IMG/VR virus record: IMGVR_UViG_3300035185_000025
Span: 17,567-81,566 of that record
DNA length: 64,000 nt
Origin: a virus
Strand: one strand, 5' to 3'
Numbering within the stretch: position 1 is the first letter of the stretch; each line of letters opens with the position of its first letter. A model generated the notes under the pieces. The model saw only the letters and a list, made by a program, of their open reading frames with translations. It was not told where the DNA came from and did not search any database. A program made the translations under genes and the position numbers. Positions 9,679 to 18,950 of this stretch are shown in pieces.

Positions 9679-10200
9679 GACCCATTGCCTTGAGGCGCGC
9701 AGCGATTCCCCCTCCTCCTCCGTCGGCATGATCATCTCGACGAACAGGCTCGTCACCATGGTCTGCGCCTTCGGGGTGAGCCTGTGCCACCAGGGGCTCA
9801 CGTCGCTGGTGCTGTCGGCGGGCATCAGCACGGGCTTGCCGTTGGCGTCGCGCGCGAGCTTCCCGGTCTGCTGATCGAGCACGCCGAGCGCGGCGATGAA
9901 GTTCTTGGCGCCGTCGGAGAAGTCGGTGCCGGCCTTGACGAGCTTGCGGACCTCGCCGCCGTTCGGCTCCCACATGCCGAAGGCCCGGTCTGCGTCGGAG
10001 CCGGTCCAGTTCATCGACTGCACGATCGACTCCGGGAGCTCGAGCGACCAGTAGCCGCGCGTGGGCTTCGGCGGCGCGTCGCGGATCATGCGACCGAGAT
10101 CGCCGGGGGCTCCGGTCTGGACTTGTTGCTGTTGCTGGGACGCGGGCGCGGACATGAAGCCGCCCTGGTCCCACATCTGCTTTGGCTGGTGGTCGGACAT
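9670..10200 (-). CDS. Tail assembly chaperone (G-like)
   Basis: Directly upstream of the tape measure gene; ends in G6-TGA; class A promoter TACCCT. Confidence 0.7.
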   Translation of the reverse strand: MSDHQPKQMWDQGGFMSAPASQQQQQVQTGAPGDLGRMIRDAPPKPTRGYWSLELPESIVQSMNWTGSDADRAFGMWEPNGGEVRKLVKAGTDFSDGAKNFIAALGVLDQQTGKLARDANGKPVLMPADSTSDVSPWWHRLTPKAQTMVTSLFVEMIMPTEEEGESLRASRQWVGG

Positions 10201-10245
10201 GGCGCGAGGGTAGCACCCGCACGGGTGCGCGAGTAGAGTGGAGCC

Positions 10246-10614
10246 GTGACCGTCCGAACCCGCATCGCCAGCGACCTCCGCGACTCCGGCGAGATCGAAT
10301 CCGAGGCCGCGATCCTCGTGACCACGGACAAGGTGATCGTCGCCGCCAGCGAGGCCGAGGCGTTCAAGCTGTGGATCGCGCTCACGGCCTACCTCGCGGA
10401 GAGCCTCAAGCCGTCGCGGCAGTGGCAGGCGCTCCACGTCGCGCTCGCGCATGGCCTGGCGGCCGAGAACGCCGACGCGCAAGCGCAGGCCCAGCCGGAC
10501 TACACCAGCGCCTCGACGGTGCTGGAGATGGTCAAGGAGATCGCGGGCGCCGACGTCTACGCGAAGGTGCGCCAGGGGATCGTTGACCGGATGCTCGGGC
10601 GGTCGGGAAGCTGA
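10246..10614 (+). CDS. Hypothetical protein
   Basis: 122-aa ORF. Confidence 0.65.
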   Translation: MTVRTRIASDLRDSGEIESEAAILVTTDKVIVAASEAEAFKLWIALTAYLAESLKPSRQWQALHVALAHGLAAENADAQAQAQPDYTSASTVLEMVKEIAGADVYAKVRQGIVDRMLGRSGS

Positions 10615-10632
10615 CCGGCGCGCAGTCGGTAG
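10605..10632 (+). promoter_or_regulatory. Class B promoter
   Basis: GGGAAGC-N16-GGTAG-N7-ATG 10640. Confidence 0.85.
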
Positions 10633-10639
10633 ACCGACC

Positions 10640-11140
10640 ATGTTCAACCTACCGATCGAGGACGGCGCATCAGCCGAACTGTGTGCAGAAGAAGGCCGCG
10701 GCCGCATCGTGGTCGAGTGCTCGCGCGCGAAAGATTCTCCGCGCTGGTCGCTGCGCTTCGAGGTCGACGAGCGCTACGAGGACGGCGACGGGTCCGAGCT
10801 CGTCGAGTGGATCCCGGGCATCCCGATCAGCATGTGGATCAGTGCGTGGGTGGATCTCTTGCTCCCACTGCGCGACCTCTCCAACGCGACCGTCGCGTCT
10901 CTTGTCAGGGCTGTCACCAGCGGCAGCAAGAAGATGCCCGTCCATAAGAAGGTGCGCGTCGCCAAGTCGCGGGGCTGGTGGGTTGACCTCGAATGCATCG
11001 GCGACCTTCAGAGCGGAGAGCCGATCGTCGTCATCGAGTTCAAGCGTCCGCTGGCGGCTGAGGAGATGGTCGCGTTCCTCGGGCAGATGGCGCTGGCGTT
11101 CGATGCTTGGCGATCTGAGGGATACGACTTCCTCGACTGA
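10640..11140 (+). CDS. Hypothetical protein
   Basis: MFNLPIEDG..., leaderless start. Confidence 0.65.
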   Translation: MFNLPIEDGASAELCAEEGRGRIVVECSRAKDSPRWSLRFEVDERYEDGDGSELVEWIPGIPISMWISAWVDLLLPLRDLSNATVASLVRAVTSGSKKMPVHKKVRVAKSRGWWVDLECIGDLQSGEPIVVIEFKRPLAAEEMVAFLGQMALAFDAWRSEGYDFLD

Positions 11141-11194
11141 GGATCACCGTCTTCGAGCCGGGAAGCTGACGCCGAGGAGGACAGTAGGCTCTGC

Positions 11195-11476
11195 ATGGCC
11201 GATCGACAGACCCAGAAGAACCTAGATCCGATGCGCGCAGGCGCATGTCTGCTCGCCACGGTCACGGCCATGCGCGAGCACGACGACGTCTCGTGTGCCG
11301 AGATGGACCGCCGCATGGGTCGGCCGTCTGGCACCTGGGCTCGGCGAGAGCGCAACGATGCCGGGCTCACGCTGTTCGACTTCTTCTCGGCCTGCGTCGC
11401 CCTGGATCTCCGCGCGTCGGCGGTCGTCGGGTTTGCCGAGAACGCGTTCTGCGATGACGAGCACGCCATCGGGTAG
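11195..11476 (+). CDS. XRE/Cro-like HTH protein
   Basis: VSCAEMDRRMGRPSGTWARRER; promoter GGGAAGC-N16-AGTAG at 11160-11187. Confidence 0.65.
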   Translation: MADRQTQKNLDPMRAGACLLATVTAMREHDDVSCAEMDRRMGRPSGTWARRERNDAGLTLFDFFSACVALDLRASAVVGFAENAFCDDEHAIG

Positions 11477-11485
11477 ACTCGGAGC

Positions 11486-11791
11486 ATGCCCGAGCCGATC
11501 CGCATCAGCACCAAGCCCACCGCTGCCCAGGTCGAGGCGATCAAGTCCGCCGGCACCGGCGCGACCGTCTCGCACCCGAACGTCGCGTTCCCCGGGCGCC
11601 GACGACAGCTCGAGCAGGCTCTTGGGCGCGCTGGCGTCCCGCACAGGCTCGTCCGCACGCTGGGCTGGACCACCAAGGGGCCGGCTCCTGTGGCCGCTCC
11701 TGAGACGGCTGAGGCGCAGGTCGACGAGCACGAGCCTGGCGACACGGTCGTCGACGGCGAGCGGCCGAAGTCCAGCCGGCGCAAGCGCTGA
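11486..11791 (+). CDS. Hypothetical protein (possibly virion-associated)
   Basis: TAGACT-N6-ATG class A start. Confidence 0.55.
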   Translation: MPEPIRISTKPTAAQVEAIKSAGTGATVSHPNVAFPGRRRQLEQALGRAGVPHRLVRTLGWTTKGPAPVAAPETAEAQVDEHEPGDTVVDGERPKSSRRKR

Positions 11792-11832
11792 TCATCGGGA
11801 AGCGTCGCGCGTCGCCGGCGGTAGTGTCCTGC

Positions 11833-12126
11833 ATGGACCGACATGAGATCTACGAGAAGCTCGACGCATCATCTGTCGAGCGCGCTCGACTTCGCATGGA
11901 CTATCTTCTGGCCCTCGAGCGTGAGTGCGAGGCGATTCCATTCCCGTGGAAATGGTTGCGGTCTTCGCCTGCTCTCGTGTGCGCTGCGGTCATGGGAACC
12001 GAGGAACGGGAGACGATTACATTGTGCAGCAACGGTGATTTGGTCGTTCACACCAAGCACATCATTGAGGCCAATGTTCTTGGCGCGCTTCGTAGGCAGC
12101 TCGACATCGAACTGTCGAACACGTGA
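11833..12126 (+). CDS. Hypothetical protein
   Basis: Class B promoter at 11797-11824. Confidence 0.6.
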   Translation: MDRHEIYEKLDASSVERARLRMDYLLALERECEAIPFPWKWLRSSPALVCAAVMGTEERETITLCSNGDLVVHTKHIIEANVLGALRRQLDIELSNT

Positions 12127-12127
12127 T

Positions 12128-12418
12128 CTACTTGAGCTTGCGCGTGCGGATCGGAACGATCGCCGGCACCGTCGGCTGCGTCATCACCGGCAGCGATCCG
12201 GGCGCGACCTCGCTCGACGGGTAGCCCGAGAGCACGGCGCCGCGCGGGGGCGGGAAGTCGGTCCGCGTGTCGCCGATCGGCTCGACGAAGCTGCGCTGCG
12301 GCTGGACGCGACGGGCCTGCGGGATCTCGTCGGTCATGCGGGCAGTCGGCGCGCGTGGGAGCGCTTGCGGGAGCGGGATCGACGTGGATGGATCGTTGGG
12401 TTTGAACGGGCCGGCCAT
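12128..12418 (-). CDS. Pro-rich hypothetical late protein
   Basis: TACACT-N6-ATG. Confidence 0.55.
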   Translation of the reverse strand: MAGPFKPNDPSTSIPLPQALPRAPTARMTDEIPQARRVQPQRSFVEPIGDTRTDFPPPRGAVLSGYPSSEVAPGSLPVMTQPTVPAIVPIRTRKLK

Positions 12419-12495
12419 GCGTCGAGTGTAGCGCACGCAAAGCCAAGGGCGCGGCCGCGACCCTACCCGCCGCGACCGCGCCCCGGGGTCCACCG

Positions 12496-12939
12496 CTACA
12501 GGTTGAGGCTCTGCACGACCGAGCAGCTGCCCTCGAACGACATCGTCACGTACTCGGCGCGCGCGCTGTCGCTGGTCTCGATCGGTCCGAACTGGAAGTC
12601 GACCAGCGTGAACAGCCGCGACTGGCCGTTCGGCGCGGTCAGAACGTAGGCGATGTCGAATCGCGCGGCAGCTCCATCCCGCCGCTGCGCCTTGGCGACG
12701 ATCTCATCGCGCAGATCGAAGCTATCCACCCGTTCGATGTGGATCTCGAAGCTCGCGCTCGTGCCCTTGTAGATCGAGTCGTAGCGCGCCTCGGTCTCGC
12801 CGAGATACTCCTCCTCGAGAACCTCGAGCTCGTCGGTCATCGAGAACGACATGATCGCGTTGATCGCCTGGGTGGGCGCGCCGTTCCGCAGGAGACGGAT
12901 CTCGGTCTCCTGGCCTTTAATTCGAAGTGGTCCTGCCAT
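12496..12939 (-). CDS. Tail tube protein
   Basis: 147 aa, beta-rich, directly after the sheath gene, SD GGAG. Confidence 0.75.
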   Translation of the reverse strand: MAGPLRIKGQETEIRLLRNGAPTQAINAIMSFSMTDELEVLEEEYLGETEARYDSIYKGTSASFEIHIERVDSFDLRDEIVAKAQRRDGAAARFDIAYVLTAPNGQSRLFTLVDFQFGPIETSDSARAEYVTMSFEGSCSVVQSLNL

Positions 12940-12964
12940 GATCTCGGTCTCCTATCAGGGCCGC

Positions 12965-15508
12965 TCAGGCGGCTTCTTGGCTTACGACGACGGTGGGTCC
13001 AACGGTGGTCTCGAACACGATCGCCTCGGCGACGGCGTACATGCGGACCTCGACGACCAAGCGGAGGATGCTCGGCACGGCCGGGTCCGTGGTGTCGGTG
13101 ACGCTGAATGCTTCGAGCCGACTCGCGCTCGGGTTGCCGGGCGAGGCGAACAGTTCGAGCGTCCCCTCGACCTGGCTGATCAGATCCCGGCGAAGCTGCG
13201 GCGTGATGATCTTGTTGCCGAACGGCACCGCGATAATGAACAGCGTGTCGTTGATGAAGTCGGCGAAGGCTCGGCGGTTCGCGGCCGTGCGACCCGGGTT
13301 GGTCACGCGGTCGACCGAGGTCACGTCGTCGACCCAGCCGGCGCCGGCATTCCTGTCGACCTTCGGTGCCGAGATGCCCTCACGCTTGAAGCGCTGATAG
13401 TCCCCGACCTTCAGCTTGATCGAGCCCTCGCTCAACGGGTTGTAGGCGTCTTCGAGCCCGGCCACGTCGAGCTTGCCGAAGTTGGTGCCGCGCTGATCCT
13501 CGGCGGCCGACTGCTCGGGGTTGATGATCGACCGGATCGCCGCGAGCCAACTGTCGGAGTGGACGTTGACCACGCCGTCGTCAGCGAAGCCGATGCCGCC
13601 GACAACCCCGGTCTCGCGGATCTCGGGAACGGCGGTGAGGAAGCCGGGGAACGGCACCTGCACGCGCTCCTCGCGAAGCGCCACCGCCCAGGCGACCGCG
13701 TCGTCGCGGCTCACCCCGATCCGCGGGCTCGAGTAGCCGGTCCGGCCTGCGCTGCCCGACGCGGTCGCCGTTCGGCAGTTGGCCGCGATCTCGTCGCGGA
13801 TCACCGAGGAGCTGCGCGCCGAGAAGATCCGGTTGATCTCGTTGGCTGGAGGCGCGTCGACGACGGTCTCGCGCAGGGCGGTGACGTAGCGGTTGTCGAG
13901 CTGCGCCGCGGTCAGGCGCGTGATCGCGGCCGGGTTGCTGACCGCGAAGCCGCCGGGCAGGTCGGACAAGATCACGGTGACGTCGGTCGCCGAACTCGCC
14001 AGCGCGGTGTCGGTGTCGAGGTAGGGCCGGACCTTCGCGGTGAATGGCCCGCCGCCGGTCCCTGTCGAGACGTCGCTGAGCGTGATCCAGATCGTCGCGG
14101 TCGCGGTCGAGTCCTGCACCCGCGTGCCGGCCGGGATCGTGATGTCGGCCCCCTCGTCGGCGCTGACCACCGTGGTGGTGTCGAAGCCGAGAGCGGTGAG
14201 CCAGGTCCCGGAGCTGCCCTTGATCGAGCCGGTGACCGGCGTGAGCTCGTTGCACACGCGCAAGGTGCCGTCGCTGTTGATCGCCGCTCCGAGGTTGCCG
14301 ACGGCGTCGATGATGTCGACGGCCTCCTGCGTGCTGATCTGCTGGTCATCGCCGACGTTGCCGGTGCCGTAGACCTCGAGCGCGACGCCGGGGACAGTGT
14401 TGAGGATCGTCAACTCCGCGCCGCCTTGCAGGGCCGTGATCGCGGTGAGGATCTGGTTGTCCTCGCCCGTGATCGTGATCGTGTCGATCCCGGTGGCCGC
14501 GAAGCCGAAGCCTGGCACGCTCAGTTGCGCGAGTTGGGGCGGATCCGTGATCGCGTCGCTGAGCAGCTTGTCGCGCTTGAGCGTCACGCTGCCGACGGGC
14601 CCGAGGAACGGCGCGGTGTCGTAGTCCGTGGCCACGCCGTTGACGATCCGGCTGACCCGGACCTCGGTCGTGATCGCCGTGTCCGCGATGACTTGGATCG
14701 TCCACACGTCCTGCACGACGGCCGTGGGCAGGCCGAGGACCGCGAGCGCAGTGCCTCCGACGATCTGGAACCGTGCCCGCGCGCCGGACCGGACCGAGCG
14801 CAGATCCAACTGGCCGCCGTTGTCGGAGGCGATCGTGGTCGCGACCTTCGCGTTGATCCGGTCGATGACGTTGGCGAGCGTGGTGTCCGTGTCCGTGAAC
14901 GTGATCGTCTGCGCGTCGGTGGAGAGCATGTCGTCCCACGCGACGAGCAGCGTCAGGCCGTCGAGCGCTCCTGGGGCGAGCGGGTAGACGACGCCGGACG
15001 CGAGGATGTTGGCCTTGGCCGAGACGACCGTCGCCGTCGCGGTCGTGGGGCCGCCGTTCAGCTCGAAGACCGCCGTGTCGCCGTTGGCTGCCGCGTACGG
15101 GCCAGCGTCGCCGTTGAGGCATGCGAGCCGCGAGAACTCGACCGAGCCCGCGGAGTTGTCGACGCGCATGATCACGAGCCGCCCGAAGGGCTTGTTCACC
15201 AAGGCGATGAACCCGTTCCCGTTCCAGGGCTCGGAGCCGCCGGACTGCTGGGCGACGGGGCCCGCGTGGAGGTTGCCGCCTACCGACCAGCCGAGGCCGC
15301 CGAAAGTGCGCTCCCGATCCGTGGGACCGAAGACCTCGGTGGGCGTCAAGACCGGCCCGCGCTCGAACTCGCCGACGACGCAGACGGTGCCCGCGCCCGC
15401 GCCGAGCACGAGTGCAGGCGGTGCGCGATCGATGACCGCAGTCTGTGAGACCGAGAGAAGCTCGGCCTGGCCAGGATCTTGGAGATAGACTCGGCGGAAG
15501 GCGACCAC
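12965..15508 (-). CDS. Contractile tail sheath protein
   Basis: N-terminal VGEFERGPV motif; C-terminal NRRAFADFI...VEVRMYAVAEAIVF; 847 aa. Confidence 0.88.
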   Translation of the reverse strand: MVAFRRVYLQDPGQAELLSVSQTAVIDRAPPALVLGAGAGTVCVVGEFERGPVLTPTEVFGPTDRERTFGGLGWSVGGNLHAGPVAQQSGGSEPWNGNGFIALVNKPFGRLVIMRVDNSAGSVEFSRLACLNGDAGPYAAANGDTAVFELNGGPTTATATVVSAKANILASGVVYPLAPGALDGLTLLVAWDDMLSTDAQTITFTDTDTTLANVIDRINAKVATTIASDNGGQLDLRSVRSGARARFQIVGGTALAVLGLPTAVVQDVWTIQVIADTAITTEVRVSRIVNGVATDYDTAPFLGPVGSVTLKRDKLLSDAITDPPQLAQLSVPGFGFAATGIDTITITGEDNQILTAITALQGGAELTILNTVPGVALEVYGTGNVGDDQQISTQEAVDIIDAVGNLGAAINSDGTLRVCNELTPVTGSIKGSSGTWLTALGFDTTTVVSADEGADITIPAGTRVQDSTATATIWITLSDVSTGTGGGPFTAKVRPYLDTDTALASSATDVTVILSDLPGGFAVSNPAAITRLTAAQLDNRYVTALRETVVDAPPANEINRIFSARSSSVIRDEIAANCRTATASGSAGRTGYSSPRIGVSRDDAVAWAVALREERVQVPFPGFLTAVPEIRETGVVGGIGFADDGVVNVHSDSWLAAIRSIINPEQSAAEDQRGTNFGKLDVAGLEDAYNPLSEGSIKLKVGDYQRFKREGISAPKVDRNAGAGWVDDVTSVDRVTNPGRTAANRRAFADFINDTLFIIAVPFGNKIITPQLRRDLISQVEGTLELFASPGNPSASRLEAFSVTDTTDPAVPSILRLVVEVRMYAVAEAIVFETTVGPTVVVSQEAA

Positions 15509-15520
15509 GAGCAGAGGGTA

Positions 15521-15733
15521 TCAGCCTCGCTGGCCGCGCGCGAGATCAGGCGTCGGGATCGCCTGGACCTCGGCTCGCATCGCATCCACCTCTGCCACCA
15601 GCGCACAGAACATCCTGTGCATGTCTGGATTGAAGCCCCAGCCAATCCCAGAATTCTGCGCGGACGCGATGGTGCGCGCCTGGTCAAGTTCTGCGGGCGT
15701 CATCCGTACGGGAGGATTGATCAACTGGCTCAC
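15521..15733 (-). CDS. Hypothetical protein
   Basis: Class B promoter at 15741-15768, 7 nt before GTG. Confidence 0.6.
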   Translation of the reverse strand: MSQLINPPVRMTPAELDQARTIASAQNSGIGWGFNPDMHRMFCALVAEVDAMRAEVQAIPTPDLARGQRG

Positions 15734-15740
15734 GCCAGGT

Positions 15741-16616
15741 CTACCCGACCGGGTCCTGCCCGCTTCCCGCGACCGAGACGACCGACGAGATTCCGACCGT
15801 ATCCACGCGCCCTGGCGACCACACGAGCTCGACGTGCGGCACCTCGGCGAGCACCGAGACGTCGAGGACCCACTCGTTCCCGCGCGCGCCTTCTTCTGCG
15901 TCCGGCCTCGACGTGCTCTGGATCGTGTAGCGGATCACGCGCGAGAAGTATTCGGGCAGGATGATCCGCCGGCCGCACTTGTCGTCGTGCCGCTCGGCCG
16001 CGAGCAACTGCGCGACCCTGGCCTCGAGACCGCGGCGCTGATCCTTGTGCGCCGTCCAGAAGATCAGGCGCAGCGGGATGATCTGGTCGTGGCCGAGGTA
16101 GCGCAGGAGCGTCTCCGGGTAGAAGCGATCCGCGGTCTCTTCGAGGATCCGCGCGCCGCGGCCGGATGGCTCGAAGACGGCGTCCTCGACGCTCGTGATC
16201 AGGGCCGTCTGCGCCGGCATCGACTCCTGCTCGGATCGCGGCCAGTCCAAGAACACCCGCGTGAGCGGGTGGACGCTGACCCGGGCCTGCGGTGCGCCGT
16301 CCTTGGCGAGCGCTTCGAGGTCGACGCTGTGCCAGCGCAGGCCCTCGATCAGACGGTACAGCCCGAGCATGGCCGCGTCGCGGGGCGCGAGCGTCAGGAC
16401 CGGCGGCCCGTCGAAGGGGAACGACGCCGACCGGAGCTCGCTCGGGTACCTGCCGATCTGCGTGGCCGAGTTGAGCGTCGCGGTGCCGTCGAGGTTGCGC
16501 AGGATCTCGACCTCGTAGACGTTCTCAGGAAGCGCTCCGCCGGATGGTCGCGGTGGCTGGCCTGCGGTCGGGATGTCGGCGCACAGGCTGTCGGGATCGA
16601 ACTGGCGATCGTTCAT
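15741..16616 (-). CDS. Probable tail terminator/completion protein
   Basis: Between neck and sheath genes; class A start MNDRQF. Confidence 0.5.
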   Translation of the reverse strand: MNDRQFDPDSLCADIPTAGQPPRPSGGALPENVYEVEILRNLDGTATLNSATQIGRYPSELRSASFPFDGPPVLTLAPRDAAMLGLYRLIEGLRWHSVDLEALAKDGAPQARVSVHPLTRVFLDWPRSEQESMPAQTALITSVEDAVFEPSGRGARILEETADRFYPETLLRYLGHDQIIPLRLIFWTAHKDQRRGLEARVAQLLAAERHDDKCGRRIILPEYFSRVIRYTIQSTSRPDAEEGARGNEWVLDVSVLAEVPHVELVWSPGRVDTVGISSVVSVAGSGQDPVG

Positions 16617-16652
16617 GCGGGAAGCGTACACGCGGCCACGCGGTAGAGTCAG
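16617..16652. promoter_or_regulatory. Overlapping class A (-) and class B (+) promoters
   Basis: GGGAAGCGTA is the B -35 on plus and contains the TACGCT -10 on minus. Confidence 0.8.
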
Positions 16653-16907
16653 GTGATGGCCACGAACGAAGACGAGCGCACCGACGTTTTCGACCCCAAG
16701 ACCGGGATGTTCTACGACTCAGCGGACGGACCGCCTGACCCGGAGTCGGCTCAGGCCAAGGCGTCACGCAAGCGGCGCGCGCCAGTTCCCAAGCCGGCGA
16801 TCGCCCCCGTCGACAGCCGCAGCTACAAGTACCCGGACGTCGCCCGCGTCGGCCCCGTGCGCTCGGGCAGCCTGCGCGAGTTCGAGGACGAGGAGCCGAC
16901 GTCGTGA
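16653..16907 (+). CDS. Hypothetical protein
   Basis: 84-aa ORF. Confidence 0.6.
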   Translation: MMATNEDERTDVFDPKTGMFYDSADGPPDPESAQAKASRKRRAPVPKPAIAPVDSRSYKYPDVARVGPVRSGSLREFEDEEPTS

Positions 16908-17173
16908 GCGCATTGATCCGAGCGCGGGCGCGCTTGCCGATCCGTCGAGTTGATGATGCCTGCCGATGTGAGCCCGGAGACGATGTCTACATTGAGGCCG
17001 ACGCTCCGTGCGGGTTGAAGGTCTGGATGCGATCGCCCGGATGCGTCGGCGGAACGCCTGGCCATGGCTGGGGCTTCGCTAGCATGGTCCCGATCGATGC
17101 GATCGCGGCGTACGGTGATCTTCCCGAGCAGACTCCATTCGGGATCCTTCGACCGATGACGGTGCCGGCGTGA
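16904..17173 (+). CDS. Hypothetical protein
   Basis: GTGA overlap. Confidence 0.5.
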   Translation: MSALIRARARLPIRRVDDACRCEPGDDVYIEADAPCGLKVWMRSPGCVGGTPGHGWGFASMVPIDAIAAYGDLPEQTPFGILRPMTVPA

Positions 17174-17198
17174 GCGCCATGGTCTTGTTGTGCGAAGA

Positions 17199-17708
17199 TC
17201 ACCCCTTCGAGCGCCGCGCCGCCCGGTCGATCGAGCGCTGCATCTGCAGGCTGATCTCCAGCGGCAGGCGCTTCGCCACGAGCGGCATCGTCCGGCGCAG
17301 CACGTAGCGGCCCTTGGTGCCCTTGCGCCCGATCTTGCGCTGGATCGCTACCGCCACGCGCACCGCCTTCGAGCCCTTGGCGAGCCGCTTGATCCGCACC
17401 CACTCGATGATCGACTTGAGAGGCGGCCGCTTGCCCGGCCGGCGCCCGACCTCGACGAAGATCGAGTGGCGCGCCGTGTTCGTGAGGACCGCGCCGTCCG
17501 GCACCTTGATCACGGTGAAGCTGCGCTCGTAGGTCCCGGTGGCGCGCGGGCGGTATGGCTTCGACTTCGCCGAGACCTTCACGGCCTGCGTCGCGCCGTA
17601 GCGAGCGGTCTTGCGGAGGGCTCGGATCACGCCGGCGTCGAACTGCCTGGCCAGCGTTCGGACGGCCGGCCCGAGTTGCTTCGGGTTGCGCAGCTTGATC
17701 GTGGTCAC
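17199..17708 (-). CDS. HK97 gp10-like neck/tail completion protein
   Basis: Basic; TGTYERS, FVEVGRRPGK, IGRKGTKGR. Confidence 0.75.
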   Translation of the reverse strand: MTTIKLRNPKQLGPAVRTLARQFDAGVIRALRKTARYGATQAVKVSAKSKPYRPRATGTYERSFTVIKVPDGAVLTNTARHSIFVEVGRRPGKRPPLKSIIEWVRIKRLAKGSKAVRVAVAIQRKIGRKGTKGRYVLRRTMPLVAKRLPLEISLQMQRSIDRAARRSKG

Positions 17709-17746
17709 GCGGGAAGCGTAGCGCGGCTCCGGCGGTAGGGTCCGGC
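17709..17746. promoter_or_regulatory. Overlapping class A (-) and class B (+) promoters
   Basis: GCGGGAAGCGTA-GCGCGGCTCCGGC-GGTAG. Confidence 0.8.
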
Positions 17747-18064
17747 ATGACCAGCAAAGCGAAGTCCAAGAAGATTCTCGTCGCCCGTATCGTCACCGCG
17801 ATAATTTCGTTTCCCTACGCCGCATGGGTCGCATCGCTCATGTGGGGCTGGTTCGTCGTACCATTGGGCGTGAGTCAGATCGGCATGTGGCACGCCGGTG
17901 GCCTCGTGCTGTTCATGACGTGGCCTTCTGCGTCGGCCGCCGTCGCACTGGTCGATCTAGGCCGCAAAGAGGATGAGATCGACGACCTGGCAAAGTCACT
18001 TGGCGCCCTGTTCGTGCCGACGATCATGTTGGCGTTAGGGTACGCATATCGCCTGTTCATGTAG
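17747..18064 (+). CDS. Small membrane protein
   Basis: About 3 hydrophobic segments. Confidence 0.65.
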   Translation: MTSKAKSKKILVARIVTAIISFPYAAWVASLMWGWFVVPLGVSQIGMWHAGGLVLFMTWPSASAAVALVDLGRKEDEIDDLAKSLGALFVPTIMLALGYAYRLFM

Positions 18065-18065
18065 A

Positions 18066-18749
18066 TCAGGCCAGCAGTACCGCGTCCTCGAACACCTCGT
18101 CATCGACGACCACGGTCTGATCGACGAGATCCTCGCGCCGGTAGCCGGACTGCGTGGTCAGCCGCACGCGCCACTCGTTCGAGTCCAAGCGAAGCACCGG
18201 CGCACCGGCGAGTTCGAATCGATACGTCCGCGGCGTTCGATCTGCCGGACACATGCCGATCGCCTGCACCTCGTAGAAGAACTCGCGCGTCGCCGTGTCG
18301 TCGCCCCACGGCTCGCCGTTGCGGTAGCCGCGAAGCGTCCAGTCGTCGACCTGCAACGGGCTCACCTCGCGCAGGTTGACCACGCCGTCCGGCTTGCGAG
18401 CGGCCTGCTCGACGATGAGTTCGACCGCGTCCAGATCTCGAAGCTCGACCGGCATCAACTCGAGCGAGGCGTCCTCGGACCAGGTCCCGGAGATGTCGTC
18501 CTGCACCTGCCACACGAGCCGCACGCGGTACGGGCGTTGCCCGATCTTGTGGATGGCCAGGCGCGCGCGGTCGATCGCCTTCTGGCGGCGCAGCGCTGGC
18601 GTACACGCGAGCAGGTCGATCGCCGGCGGCGTGTTGCTCGGCGCGACGGGGAAGTCAGGCCCGCGACCGGGCGGGCAACTCGACGGGCTCGCCGTGGGGA
18701 CGCAAGAGCAGGGCTTGCGCGAGCATGATCCGCAGACGGCCATGGCCAC
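18066..18749 (-). CDS. Probable head closure protein
   Basis: Position in the neck cluster; Cys-rich N-terminus. Confidence 0.5.
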   Translation of the reverse strand: MAMAVCGSCSRKPCSCVPTASPSSCPPGRGPDFPVAPSNTPPAIDLLACTPALRRQKAIDRARLAIHKIGQRPYRVRLVWQVQDDISGTWSEDASLELMPVELRDLDAVELIVEQAARKPDGVVNLREVSPLQVDDWTLRGYRNGEPWGDDTATREFFYEVQAIGMCPADRTPRTYRFELAGAPVLRLDSNEWRVRLTTQSGYRREDLVDQTVVVDDEVFEDAVLLA

Positions 18750-18752
18750 ATG

Positions 18753-18950
18753 CTAGCCGGCTCGACGGACCCAGCGCTCGCCGTCCTTGCGGTAGGACTT
18801 CTTCACGGCGGCCCAGGCGATCTTCGCGGCCTTCGACTCGCTCCCGCCGTCGGACGCGACCGAGTTCCAGGTCTTGCGGTAGATCGTCTGGCCTCCGGCC
18901 GGGAGCTTGCGGACAGGCGGCGGAAGCTCGGCGTTGCGTCGGTACGGCAT
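18753..18950 (-). CDS. chaB: ChaB family protein
   Basis: MPY...ELPPPVRKLP...IYRKTWNS...AAKIAWAAVKKSY. Confidence 0.88.
   Translation of the reverse strand: MPYRRNAELPPPVRKLPAGGQTIYRKTWNSVASDGGSESKAAKIAWAAVKKSYRKDGERWVRRAG

Noticed and set aside
12851-15448. 865-aa plus-strand ORF (and similar long ORFs at 8195-9874, 51747-53993, 55447-57126)
   Set aside because: Antisense shadows of the sheath, tape measure, helicase and capsid genes, expected in high-GC DNA; Arg-rich with no motifs.
12965-15508. Contractile injection system or tailocin instead of a phage
   Set aside because: Terminase, portal, capsid and replication genes are present.
17747-18064. Holin
   Set aside because: It is a membrane protein, but far from the lysin and under a class B rather than a late promoter; no positive evidence.
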